From contig CAVXYC010000023.1 of the NCBI GenBank assembly GCA_963765765.1, positions 1 through 64,000 of the forward strand: a stretch of DNA of 64,000 nt, in the 5' to 3' direction. Below are positions 36,401-47,860 of this stretch, piece after piece. A program made the position numbers and the translations under genes. The notes beneath the pieces were generated by a model, which saw only the letters and a program-made list of their open reading frames with translations, had not been told where the DNA came from and did no database searches. Each line of letters opens with the position of its first letter. Position 1 is the first letter of the stretch. Source of the stretch: an uncultured Chloroflexia bacterium. Its GTDB lineage: Bacteria; Chloroflexota; UBA6077; JACCZL01.

Positions 36401-37993
36401 GCGTGCCGCGATCGGCCCAGTGCAGGTCCTCCAGCACCAGCACCAGCGGCTGCATCGTGGACGCGGTGCGCAGGAAGCCGGTCACCGCCTCCAGCAGGCG
36501 CCAGCGGTCCTCCTCGGCATCGCCGCTCGGCGGGCGCGGCTCCACCGGCGACCCGCTCGCGCACCTCGGAGACGATGCGCGCAACGTCCCCGGCGCCGCT
36601 GCCCAGGGCCGTCGTCAGCGCCTCGGGCTCCTGGCCGAGCACGTAGCCGCGCAGCGCCTCGACGAACGGCAGGTACGGCAGGCTCAAGCGAGCCTTCCTC
36701 GTAGCAGTGGCCCACCAGCGTCGTGCCGCCGCGCACCGCGGCGTAGGTGGCCAGCTGCTCGCACAGGGCGGTCTTGCCGATGCCCGGCTCGCCCACGACC
36801 ATGACCATCCCGCCCTGGCCCGAGAGCGCGGCGTCGTACGCCGGGCTGAGCTGGCGCAGCTCCGCTTCGCGGCCGACGAAGGTCTCGCGGTAGAGCGGGC
36901 CGGGCTCCGATGACCGGCGGGGACTCGGGCTCGGGGGACCCGGTCGCATGACCGCTCCGTGCGGAGTCGATCGCCGGCGAGCGCGATCAGCACCTCGCCG
37001 GCGGAGGCGGGCCGATTGGACGGATCTTTCTCCAGCAGACGCAGGATCAACGTCTCCAGGCCGGTGGGCAATCGGGCCGATGCCAGGTGGGGGCCACCGG
37101 CGGCGTGTTGAGGTGCTGGGTGATGATGGCCACCGATTCGTCGCCCACGAAGGGCGGCCGCCCGCAGACCAGCTCGTACAGCACGCAGCCGAGGGCGTAC
37201 AGATCTGCGCGCGCATCAACGAGACCTCCGATGGCCTGCTCGGGTGCCATGTAGCTGACCGTGCCGATCATCATCCCGGGCTGGGTATGGCGCGTCTGGT
37301 CCAGCGCCACAGCCAGGCCGAAGTCGCCCAGCTTGGCCGTGCCGTCATCCGTGAGCCAGACGTTGCCGGGCTTAAGATCGCGGTGGATGAGGCTTCGTGG
37401 GCGTGGGCGTGCTCCAGCGCCTGACAGAACTGTTCCTAGTACAAGCGCCTGCGCGATCGGCAGGCGATGCTCGGGGCCGCGTCCAGGCAGACTGTGAGGT
37501 CGCCCCCGGCCATGAGCTCGGTGACGAGATACGGCTGGCCGTGCTCCTCGCCGAGGTCGAGGACCGCGACGATGTGCGGATGGGCGCCGAGGCGGCCCAT
37601 GGCCCGGGCTTCCCGGCGCACGCGCTGGCGGCCGGCCTCATCCAGCCCCTCGGTCTTGATCAGGGCGAAGGCGACGTCGCGATCGAGCAACGTGTCATGG
37701 GCGAGATAGACGCGCTTCTTGCCGCCTTCGCCGAGCAGCTCTTGCACCTGATAGCGGCCATTCGCGAACGAGCGTGGGCATGTGCGGCGGCTGTGTGGGA
37801 CAATCTGCGGTCCGATGGAATCCGCTGCTGCGGGCTCGCGCACTGCCGCCGTCAGGAACTCGGGCATCCACTTGCTCGGGTCGAGCCGCGAGGACCGCGT
37901 CGCAGCACTCGGACGCGGCCCAGTCGTGACGATCCAAGGCCGCTCGGCTTCATCGAGCAGAGGTCGATCCGCGCTGAACCGCCCACTGCGCAT
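33416..37993 (-). CDS. Kinase-STAND ATPase-TPR-like-class III cyclase protein, paralog 2 (frameshifted)
   Basis: Same motif order across ORFs 37436-37993, 37047-37310, 36482-37219, 36378-36584, 33528-36320 and 33416-33622. The stop overlaps the start of paralog 1. Confidence 0.87.
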
Positions 37994-38090
37994 CGGGCTA
38001 GCCGCTTTCTATCCGCCCGATCGCGTCGGAAGACCTGATGTCGCCATCTAGCCCTGGATGGACGCGCTGTACGCCCACTGGCCATTCTCG

Positions 38091-41000
38091 TCAAGTCACA
38101 CGCCTGAAAGACGCCGTGCCGTCGGCGATCCGCGGTGAGCACGCTTCGCGGCCATCATCGAATTGAGCTCGCGCGTCACTCGACCAGGCCGCGCAGCAGC
38201 TCGGAGACGAGGATCTCGCCACCCTGGGCCTGGTCGGCGATGCGCGCGGCCAGGACCACGTCCTGCCGTGGAAGTCGTCGGCTTCTTTCAGCGCTTCGCC
38301 AGTATGCAGTCCGATGCGCACGTCGAATCGGCGAGTCTGGGTATGACGTATTCCCGGCTTCGACGGCCCGCTGAATGGCCACCGCGCAGTCCAGGGCCCG
38401 ACGGGCGCTCTGAAGGCCAGCATGAAGCCATCGCCCTGGCACTTGACCTCGAACCCACTGTGATCTGCACCTGCTCGCGAACGAGCGCGTGATGTGCGCG
38501 CAAGATCTCCAGCCAGCGCTGATCGCCCAGTCGCACGGTTAAGCCGGTGGAGTCTTCGATGTCCGTGAAGAGCAGCGTGACGGTGCCATCGGGCGCGGCG
38601 TGGGGTCTGAAGGTCGGGTCGCTCCGCTGGCGACCGCCAGGCTACCGCGTCGATGGAGGTGCTGGGCGAGACGGAATCGACGCCCTGGAGCTGGAGCTTG
38701 CGGCGGAGGGCCCGTTCCAGCATGGGCTGCATCTTCATCTCGCGCAGCTCGGCGATGGCGAAGTCGAGGTGCTCGAATGGCAGCATTTCGCTCGTCCGGA
38801 TAGTGATCCAGGAGCAGCTCGGCCAGATGGACCTGGATGATGGCGATCTCGGGGCGGAATCGCACCTTTGCACACGCCTCGAGGGCCTGCGTATAGAAGG
38901 AACGCGCGTCATCATACTGACCGAGTTGCGCGGCGGCGTCACCCACCAATCGGCCGATGCTGACATGCATCTCAAACGACCCCACGCGGCTAATCCAAAG
39001 TGAGTTCGAGAGCGGCGCAAATCGAGGCAGGAGCGCGCTCAGGGTTTCCCGGTCGGCACCGAGGATGCTCGCCTGGAGCAAGTACAAGAGAAAGCCTATT
39101 GCAGTTTCGTCGTGGTCTGATCCGATATCACCGAACCGCTCACGATAGGCCCGAGCCTCACTATGTCGAGCCAGCAACGCTAAGATGTGTGCCGTTCTCG
39201 CATTGCTGGCACGCCCCGGCATTTGTTGGTATGCCTCCCGCAATTCTTCGAGGACCGCATTCGGTACCCCGCCCGAGGTACAGGAGTGCCTGGCCGCTCA
39301 TTTCGTGTGGCGTAAACACCCCGACGCCCAGCTCCAGCGCCATCGCGGCGCCTGATTCGTATAGTGTGACCGCCTTTTCGAGACGCCCATCGACGAACGC
39401 CAGGAGGGCGGACGTGGTCAGGGCATGCGCTCGCAAACTTCGATCCTGCGTGTGATCGGCGAGCAGTGTGAGCTCACGCCACAACGTCTCCGCTTGGTGG
39501 CGCCGTCCGCTACTGAGCAGCTCGATACCCCCGGAATAGAGGCACCAGCCCAGGTCAGTCGCCCGAGCACCGTGGTGCGGGCGCCGCAGCACTTCCAGCG
39601 CCAGGCCCGTCACCATCTCACGATCCCGCAAAGCCTGAAGATTCCGAAACGCCCATCCCACGGCGGCGAAGACCACCGAGTCATCATTTAGGCTGAGGGC
39701 GCCTTCCACGGCGCGGCGCAGGAACACGTGCGCCGCCGGGCGGCCGGCACCGATCTCCGCGAGCCCCTGGTAAATATCGGCATAGACGCGTTGGGCGGTC
39801 CTCGTCTGTGCGTGGCGATCAGCACGGTCAGCCCAGTCTTGAAAGCTCTGGGCGGTCGCAGTTCGCAGGCCGGCGCCCGTCGAGCGAATCAAGGATTCCA
39901 ACGCCTGGATAGCCGCGCGGGCGGCGCGGTCTGCGTCGCCGAGCGCTTCGGCCAACGCGAACGCCTCGGGCGCGACCGTGGCACTCACGCGCAGCGGGTC
40001 TTCCAGCGGCAGCATCGCCTCGCCCAGCGCCAGCAGCAGATCGCAGCGCTTCGAATGGTCATCCGGGTCCAGCACCGCCTGGACTTCCAGCGCCTGCTCC
40101 AGGTGCCGGGCCGCCTCGCCGTAGGCGTACACGCTCAGCGCCCGCTGTGCCGCCAGCTCCCCGTACCGAATGGCCTTCTCCAGATCACTCGGCATCCGAG
40201 GAGTGCGCGAAGTGCTCGGCCAACTCCGCCGCGTGCTCTTCCGGTCGCCGCGCGTGGACGTCCTCCAAGGCCCGCGCCACCTGCTGATGCAGCCGGATGC
40301 GCCGCGGCGCGCTCAGCTCCTCGTACAGCGTCTGGCGGAAGAAGGCATGGGTGAAGCGATAGGTCACCGCGCCGGCCGGCCCGCTCGCTCCTCCACCACC
40401 GCCCGATCGCGCGCCTCGTCCAGGGCGCTGTACAGCTCCTCCTCGGGCAGCGCGGCCACGCGCTCCAGCACGTCCAGGCGGAACTCCCGGCCCATCACCG
40501 AGGCCACGCTCAGCACGCGATTGCCCAGCTCGCCCAGGCGTGACAGTCGCTTGCCGATGACATCGCGCAGTCCCTCGGGGATACCGGCCTCGGGATCGCT
40601 GCCATCGGTGCGCACCCACTGCCCGCCCTCGCGCACCACCAGGCCTTCCTCCACCAGGTAGCGCAGCACCTCCTGGACGAACAGCGGGTTGCCCTCGGTC
40701 TGGCGATGGATCGCCTCGGCCCGACTCCAGGGCACCTCCTGTCCGCGGATCAGGTTCATCATCCGATGCACCTCATCCACGGTCAGCCCGCGCAGCGGGA
40801 TGCGGCTGAAGGCGCCGCTGCGCCGCAGCTCGGCCAGCGCCGAGGAGAGCGGGTGGGCGCGATCCACCTCCACGTCCCGATACGTGCCCACGATCAGCAG
40901 TCGCGCCCCGGCCAGGCTGCGGCTCACGTGCTGGAGCAGATCCAGTGTCCCGCGATCGGCCTCGTGCAGGTCTTCCAGGACGATCAGCAGCGGGCGCACC

Positions 41001-42553
41001 TGACTGGCGTTGCGCAGGAAGCCGGTCACCGCCTGCGAGCAAGCGCCAGCGCTCCTCCTCCGGATCGCCCGGGTGGGCGCTCCGGACGGCGATCCGATCG
41101 CGCACTTCGGAGACGATGCGGGCCACGTCCCCGGCGCCGGTGCCGAGATCGCTGGTGAGATCTCCGGATCGCGCGCCAGGACATAGCTGCGCATGGCCTC
41201 GACGAACGGGAGATAGGGCAGGGAGAGCGAGCCTTCCTCGTAGCAGTGGCCCACCAGCGCCGTGCCACCGCGCACCGCGACGTAGGTGGCGAGCTGCTCG
41301 CACAGGCTGGTCTTGCCGATGCCCGGCTCGCCGACGACCATGACCAGGCTGCCCTGCCCGGAGATCGCCCCGTCGAAGGCCGCTTCGAGCTGCTTGCGCT
41401 CGGGCTCGCGGCCCACAAAGGTCGGCCGGTAGAGCGCGGGCTCGATCGACGGAGCGGGAGGCTCGTATCCGAGGCGGTGCACCATTGGCGTCAGGTCAAT
41501 CGCGCTCAGCGCCTGGAGCACTTCGCCGGCCGAGGCGGGCCGTTTCTCGGGATCCTTCTCCAGCAGCCGCAGGATGAGCGCTTCCAGGGCCGGGGGCACA
41601 TCCGGGCGATGCCAGGCGGGGTCGACGGGCGGGGTATTCAGATGCTGGCCGATGATGGCCACGGCTTCGTCGCCGACGAACGGCGGGCGGCCGCAGACCA
41701 GCTCGTAGAGCACGCAGCCCAACGCGTAGAGATCCGACCGTCCATCGACGGCGCCGCCCGTGGCTTGTTCGGGGGCCATGTAGGCCATCGTTCCGACCAT
41801 CATGCCCGGCTGGGTGTGGCGGGTTTGGTCTAATGCCACCGCCAGACCGAAGTCGCCCAGCTTGGCGGTGCCATCGGCGGTCAGCCAGATGTTGCCCGGC
41901 TTGAGGTCGCGGTGAATGACCTGGTGGTCGTGGGCATGCGCCAGCGCCTGGCAAACCTGGCCGGCGATCGTTACGGCTGCTTCAATGGGCAACCGGTGCT
42001 CCGGGGCATCCGCGAGCCGAGTCGCCAGGTCACCACCGGCCACGAGCTGGGAGACGAGATACGGTTGCCCGTCCTGCTCGCCGAGATCGAGCACGGAGAC
42101 GATGTGCGGATGATCGCCGAGGCGGCCCATCGCCCGGGCCTCGCTGCCAATCCGCAGGCCACCGGCGTTATCGAGCCCTTCCGTCTTGATCAGGGCAAAC
42201 GCGACATCGCGGTCGAGCAGGGTGTCATGGGCGAGGTAGACGCGCTTCTTCCCGCCCTCGCCGAGGAGCCTGGCGACCCGGTAACGACCGTTGGCGAAAC
42301 TCGTCGGAGCGGCCGACTTCGGGCCATTGTTTAGGGTCGAGGCGGGCCCATCAAGGGTTGGGGGAGTGGCGGCGTTGGTCGCCAGTGCGCGTTCGGCAGC
42401 CGCCAGGTAGGAGTGCGCATCCGCGCTGTCCGGGTCAAGGGCCAGAACATTCTGGGCCCGATCGCGGACCAAGCCCCAGTTCGACTCGCCAATCCCCGCT
42501 TCCGCTTCGTCGAGCAGCCGATCGATCTGCCGCTGGATGCGCTCACTGGGCAT
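38091..42553 (-). CDS. Kinase-STAND ATPase-TPR-like-class III cyclase protein, paralog 3 (frameshifted)
   Basis: ORF 40364-42562 carries an intact kinase ([29 protein letters not shown]) and ATPase ([18 protein letters not shown]). It continues through 39161-40195 and 38539-39243 to the cyclase at about 38100-38590. Confidence 0.88.
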
Positions 42554-42706
42554 GATCACCAACCCTCGAGCGCCGGAAGCTCGGACGCTCCATCACGTAA
42601 CGTGCACGCCGGAGTAGCGCCGGTCGGGATTTCTCGCCTCGCTCGGGCGTGCCTACGCCAGGGGGCATCTTCCCTGTGCTCCGAACGGCTGACGCCGGTC
42701 CGCGCG

Positions 42707-45700
42707 TCATGCCCACTGCACCTGATGTATTTGATAGAGACCGTCCAGGCCTTTCAGCTCGACCTCGCGAACGGCGTCGAATCGGAGATCGCCCCGGCCT
42801 TCGAGCAGGCTCCTGAGCACGGCCGAGACGAGGATCTCGCCACCGCGGGCCTGGTCGGCGATGCGGGCGGCCAGCACCACGTCGCGTCCGTGGAAGTCGT
42901 CCGCGTCCCGCAATGCCTCGCCGGTGTGCAGGCCCATCCGTACGCGGATCGGCACATCGATGTTCTGTGTCGCCACGGAGCGCTGGATCGCCACCGCGCA
43001 GTCCAGCGCTCGGCGCGCGCTATTGAAGGCCAGCATGAAGCCGTCGCCCTGGCACTTGACCTCGAAGCCGCCGTGATGCTGAACTTCTCGGCGGACCAGC
43101 GCGTGGTGGGCACGAAGCAGCTCGAGCCAGCGTTGGTCTCCCAGACGCACGGTGAGATCGGTGGAGCCCTCGATGTCGGTGAACAGGATGGTCACGGTCC
43201 CGTCCGGAGCGGCGTGACGACGGAGGTCGGGCAGCTCCGCATGCAGCGCCCGGGCCACCGCGTCGATGGATGTCCCGGGCGGGACGGTATCGACGCCCTG
43301 GAGCTGGAGCTTGCGGCGCAGCGCCCGCTCGAGAGCGGGCTGCATTTTCATCTCTCGGCATTCATCAATGGCGAAATCCAGGTGCTCCAGCGCCTCGGCC
43401 CGCTCGTCAGGGTACTGGTCCAGGAGCAGCTCGGCCAGCCCCAGGCGGCTTAGAGCAAGCTCAGGGCGACAGCGAACCCGCTCGACACGCCTCAATCGCG
43501 CGACGGTACCAGGCCACAGCTTTTTCAGGTTCGCCCAGCAACGCCGCCGCAGCCCCGAGGTGGCGATGTAGGCAGATGATGCCGGCACCCGCCTCTGCAA
43601 ACGCCGGTCCCTGGTCGAGCTCCGCGGCGAGAACCTCGACCAGCGCGTTGTCTTCGAGCAGAATCGCTGCTTCGAGGCTTCGGGTGAGGTAGGAAACGAG
43701 GTCCGAAGCGAAACGGGGTCTCCCAGACTCCGACAGTTTCGCCCCATCGTGCACCACAAGCTCCTGAAGCTGTCGACGCGCCTGTTCAAGGTCTCCAGCG
43801 AGCGCGTGCGCCAGGGCAAGGGAGAAATTCACCCCGGTTGCCAGCCTCGACCCGCTCAGCCAATCTCGCCATTCAGCGGGACGTCCTAGTAATGGAAGCA
43901 CCGTGCCGCACCGCGCGGCAGCCATTCCGATTCCGACCTGCGGAGAGCCAAGCTCGTGAGCCTGTTCTCGCAGTCGATACCCCAGATCGGCCGCCGCTTC
44001 GAGCCGGCCGTCCAGCGCGGCGACGACCGCCTGGTAACTCAACGCCATGAGCTGAAGCCATGCATCCCGACTCCGGTCGGCCAGCTCCGCAAGCTCACGC
44101 CAGGCTCGCTCCGCGCCATCCCGGTCACCCTTCGTCAGCAGCGCAGCGCCGCAGAACTCCAGGATCTGTCCGTGTGTGCGGACGGATATCCGCTCGCGCG
44201 GGCGCGCCAGCAGCTCATCGGCCAGGGCGACCGCCTCGCGCCACTGCCGCGGTGTCATCTCGAACCGAATCACCTGCCAGGCAGCCGCTGCAAAGAGCTC
44301 CGCGTCCCCCAGATCACGCGCGAGCCCCATCGCCCGGCGGAGCAGGATGACCCCATCCTCGGTGCGCAGCTGAACAATGCGGAGTCGCCCCATCGCCACA
44401 TCGGCGTACGCCCGCTCCGGGCTACCGGCGGCGGCGGTCGCATCCGCCAGCTCGGCCCACTTCTGCCATGCCGGGGCACTGGGCGCCGTCGAGGATAATC
44501 TCCGGTGAATTGCCTCCAGCGCCAGCCGCGACACCCGTCCCACTCGCGTGGTATCACCGTCCTGCTCGGCCAGCGCCAGCGCCTGGGGCGCGATCTCGTC
44601 GCTCACCCGCTGCGGCTCTCCGACCGGCATTAACGCTTCGCCCAATGCCAGGAGCAGATCGTACCGCCTGAGCTTGTCATCCGGGTCCAGTACCGCCTGG
44701 ACATCCAGCGCCTGGTCCAGGTGCCGGGCCGCCTCGCCGTAGGCATAGACGCTCATCGCGCGGCTGGCCGCTAGCTCCCCGTAGTGAATGGCCTTCTGGA
44801 GATCCTCAGGATCCGATGAATGGGCGAAGTGCTCGGCCAGCTCGGGGGCGTGCTCGTCGAGTCGCCGCGCGTGGATTTCCTCCAGTGCCCGTGCCACCTG
44901 CTGGTGCCAGCGGATGCGCCGCGGCGGGCTCAGCTCCTCGTACAGGGTCTGGCGGAAGAAGGCATGCGTAAAATGGTAGGCCACCGCGGCGCCGAGACCC
45001 GTCCGGACCTCCACCACCGCCCGCTCGGTGGCCTCCTCCAGCGCCTCGATCACCGCCTCTTCGGGTAGGCTGCTGACCCGCTGGAGCACGTCCAGACGAA
45101 AGTCCCGGCCGATCACCGCCGCCACGCTGAGCACCTGGTTCGTCGACTCGGACAGCCGTGAGAGCCGCTTGCCGATGACGTCCCGCAGTCCCTCGGGGAT
45201 GTCCTCTCCGGTGCCAATCTGCGGCACATAGCGGTCGCCCTGGCGAACGACCAGGCCGGCTTCCACCAGGTAGCGCAGCACCTCCTGGATGAACAGCGGG
45301 TTGCCCTCCGTTTGTCGGTGGACCGCCTCTGCCTGGGCCCACGAGACCTCATGCCCGCGCAGGACGGTGTACAGCCGATGCACCTCATCGACGGTCAACC
45401 CGCGCAGCGGCACACGCAGGAAGGTCTGGATACGCCGCAGCTCGGCCAGGGTGGAGGACAGCGGATGGCCGCGGTCCACCTCCACGTCGCGGTAGGTTCC
45501 GACCACCAGGAGCCGAGCGCCCTCCAGGTTGCGGGCCAGGTGCACCAACAGGTCCAGCGATCCGTGATCCGCATCGTGCAGGTCTTCCAGCACCAGTAGC
45601 AGCGGTTGGACCAGGGAGGCATTGCGCAGGAAACCTGTCACCGCCTGCAATAGGCGCCAGCGCTGCTCGCCCGGATCGCCGGTATCGGACAGCTCCACCT

Positions 45701-47145
45701 CGACCCGGTCTCGCACCTCACTCACGATTCGAGCCACTTCCCCGGCGCCGGTGCCCAGATCACCCTTGAGCCCTCGGGCTCGCGGGCCAGCACGTAGGAG
45801 CGCATGGCTTCCACGAAGGGCAGATACGGCAGGGAGAGCGAGCCCTCCTCGTAGCAATGGCCGACCAGGCACTTCCCGCCGCGCAGGACGGCGTAGGTGG
45901 CCAATTGCTCGGTTAGGCTGGTCTTGCCGATGCCGGGCTCACCCACGACCATGGCCAGGCCGCCCTGGCCGGAAAGCGCAGCGTCAAAGGCGGCCTGGAG
46001 CTGCTTGAGCTCCGACTTCGCGTCCGACGAAGGCGCGGCGGTAGAGCGGGTTATCCGTCGTCGGTGGCGTCCGGCGCGGGGGCAACGCCTTCCGTTCCCT
46101 GGACCGACGGGGCTGGGGTCGGATCGATCGAGTCCAGCGCCTGGCGCACCTCGGTGGCCGAAGCGGGCCGCTTGCTCGGAACCTTCTCCAGCAGCCGCAG
46201 GATGAGCGCCTCGAGGGCCGCGGGGCAGTCCGGCCGGTGCCAGGACGGGGCCACCGGCGGGGTGTTGAGATGCTGGCCGATGATCGCCACGGCGTCATCG
46301 CCCACGAAGGGCGGTCGGCCGCCGACGAGCTCGTAGAGCACGCAACCGAGAGCGTACAGGTCGCTTTGGGGGCGTGACCTCGGCACCCGTGGCCTGCTCA
46401 GGGGCCATGGCGCTGACCGTGCCGATCATCATCCCCGGCTGGGTGTGGCGCGTCTGATCCAGCGCCACGGCCAGCCCGAAGTCGCCGAGCTTGGCCGTGC
46501 CGTCGTCGGTCGAGCCAGATGTTGCCCGGCTTGAGGTCGCGGTGGATCAGGTCGCGGGCGTGGGCGTGCTCCAGGGCCCGGCAGAGCTGCTGGCCGAGCT
46601 CTAGAACCTGGGGGATCGGCAGGCGATGCTCGGGAGCGGCTGCAGGAGCGTGGTGAGATCTCCACCGGGCATGAGCTCGGTGACCAGATACGGCTGGCCC
46701 TGGTCCTCGCCCAGGTCGAGGACACTCACGATATTCGGATGCGAGCCCAATCGCCCCATGGCGCGGGCCTCGCGGCGGACCCGCTCGCGGCCGACCTGGT
46801 CCAGCCCGTCGGTCTTGATCAGCGCGAACGCGACCTCGCGATCAAGCAGCGTGTCATGCGCCCGGTAGACGCGCTTCTTGCCGCCCTCGCCGAGGAGCTC
46901 GCGCGTCTCATACCGCCCGCCGACAAACGCTCGGGGTGACGTCGCGGCGCTTATCCGGGACGGAGGGTCGCTCGCCAGTCTGGCGAGGCGTTTCAGCCAG
47001 TGACGACGCCGCACGATCCACAGAATCTGGCATGGGGGCTGACACTGCTGCCGCACGATCCGCACACGCGACTCAATGTCGCGCCGCACCCCTCGCAGAA
47101 CGCGGCTTCCTGCGGAGGCTCGGTTCCACAGGCGGCGCAGCGCAT
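42707..47145 (-). CDS. Double zinc ribbon-kinase-STAND ATPase-TPR-like-class III cyclase protein, paralog 4 (frameshifted)
   Basis: MRCAACG...FCEGCG...CGSCG...FCGSCG double zinc ribbon, kinase at about 46100-46900, [18 protein letters not shown], and a clean cyclase ILFTDIEGST...EVKCQGDG...[12 protein letters not shown]...ELKGL in ORF 42707-43819. Confidence 0.88.
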
Positions 47146-47282
47146 GGCTTTCCTCAATGAAGGACGCCTGGTCATCCCGTTGGATGGCTGGAATCCGATA
47201 GTACACCCGATACGGCACGCGCGAAAGTGACACGTGGGCCGAAAAGCGAGGAAGCCCCGGATGCGGGGTGTGCCAGTGCGAC

Positions 47283-47733
47283 TTACGGGCTGAAGGGAGT
47301 GCCTCCGCGGCCGAGGCCCCGAGTGGAGTCAACCATTCCCGGGTGCCAGGCCGGCTGGACGTCGATGTACAGCTCCACGTTGTTGCCGTCGGGATCGTCA
47401 AAGAACGCCGAGTGGGAGACGCCGCCATGATCCACGACTCTGCGTCGGCCGAACGCCTTTGCCTTCGAGGTCCGATAGGGCGTTGCGCAGCTCATCGTCG
47501 GTTGTGCCGATCCGAAAGGCCAGGTGGTTCAATCCGAGTCGTCCGCGCTCGGCATCAGGGCCGACCTCGATCAGCAGCAGCTCATGGTGCGTGCGGCCGG
47601 CTGCGCCAGCCAGGAAAGCCGCGCGGCCCATCTCACCAGTTATGTGCAAACCGAGCCGGTCGCGATAGAAATCAACTGAATCCTCGAGATTGCGCACATT
47701 GAGCACGACGTGTCCGAGCTCTTGAATCTGCAT
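47283..47733 (-). CDS. VOC (glyoxalase/extradiol dioxygenase fold) family protein, frameshift near 47445
   Basis: ELGHVVLNVRNLEDSVDFYRDRLG, THHELLL, GLNHLAF, then DHGGVSHSAFFDDPDGNNVELY. Confidence 0.85.
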
Positions 47734-47781
47734 ACTGATCCTTCCTCAATCCAGGGCGACCGCTAGAGCCGCAGCATCCAG

Positions 47782-47858
47782 AGTTAACAGTCGACAGCCA
47801 GCAGTCTATGATTCGAGCACCGGGCTGGCTCCGACTGTTAACTGTCGACTGTCAAGCT
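47782..47858. repeat. Intergenic inverted repeat built from acagtYR-like heptamers
   Basis: agttaacagtcgacagccagcagtc (47782-47806) pairs imperfectly with gactgttaactgtcgactgtcaagct (47833-47858). Confidence 0.65.
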
Positions 47859-47860
47859 AA

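Noticed and set aside
34266-36704. 812-aa plus-strand ORF and similar long antisense ORFs (17774-18961, 21062-21901, 42413-43453)
   Set aside because: Shadow ORFs opposite well-supported genes in high-GC DNA, with no recognisable motifs.
42720-43205. Cyclase as a Pycsar or CBASS defence cyclase
   Set aside because: It keeps the Lys/Asp pair typical of adenine specificity, is not a CD-NTase, and has no adjacent cNMP-binding TIR or TM effector gene.
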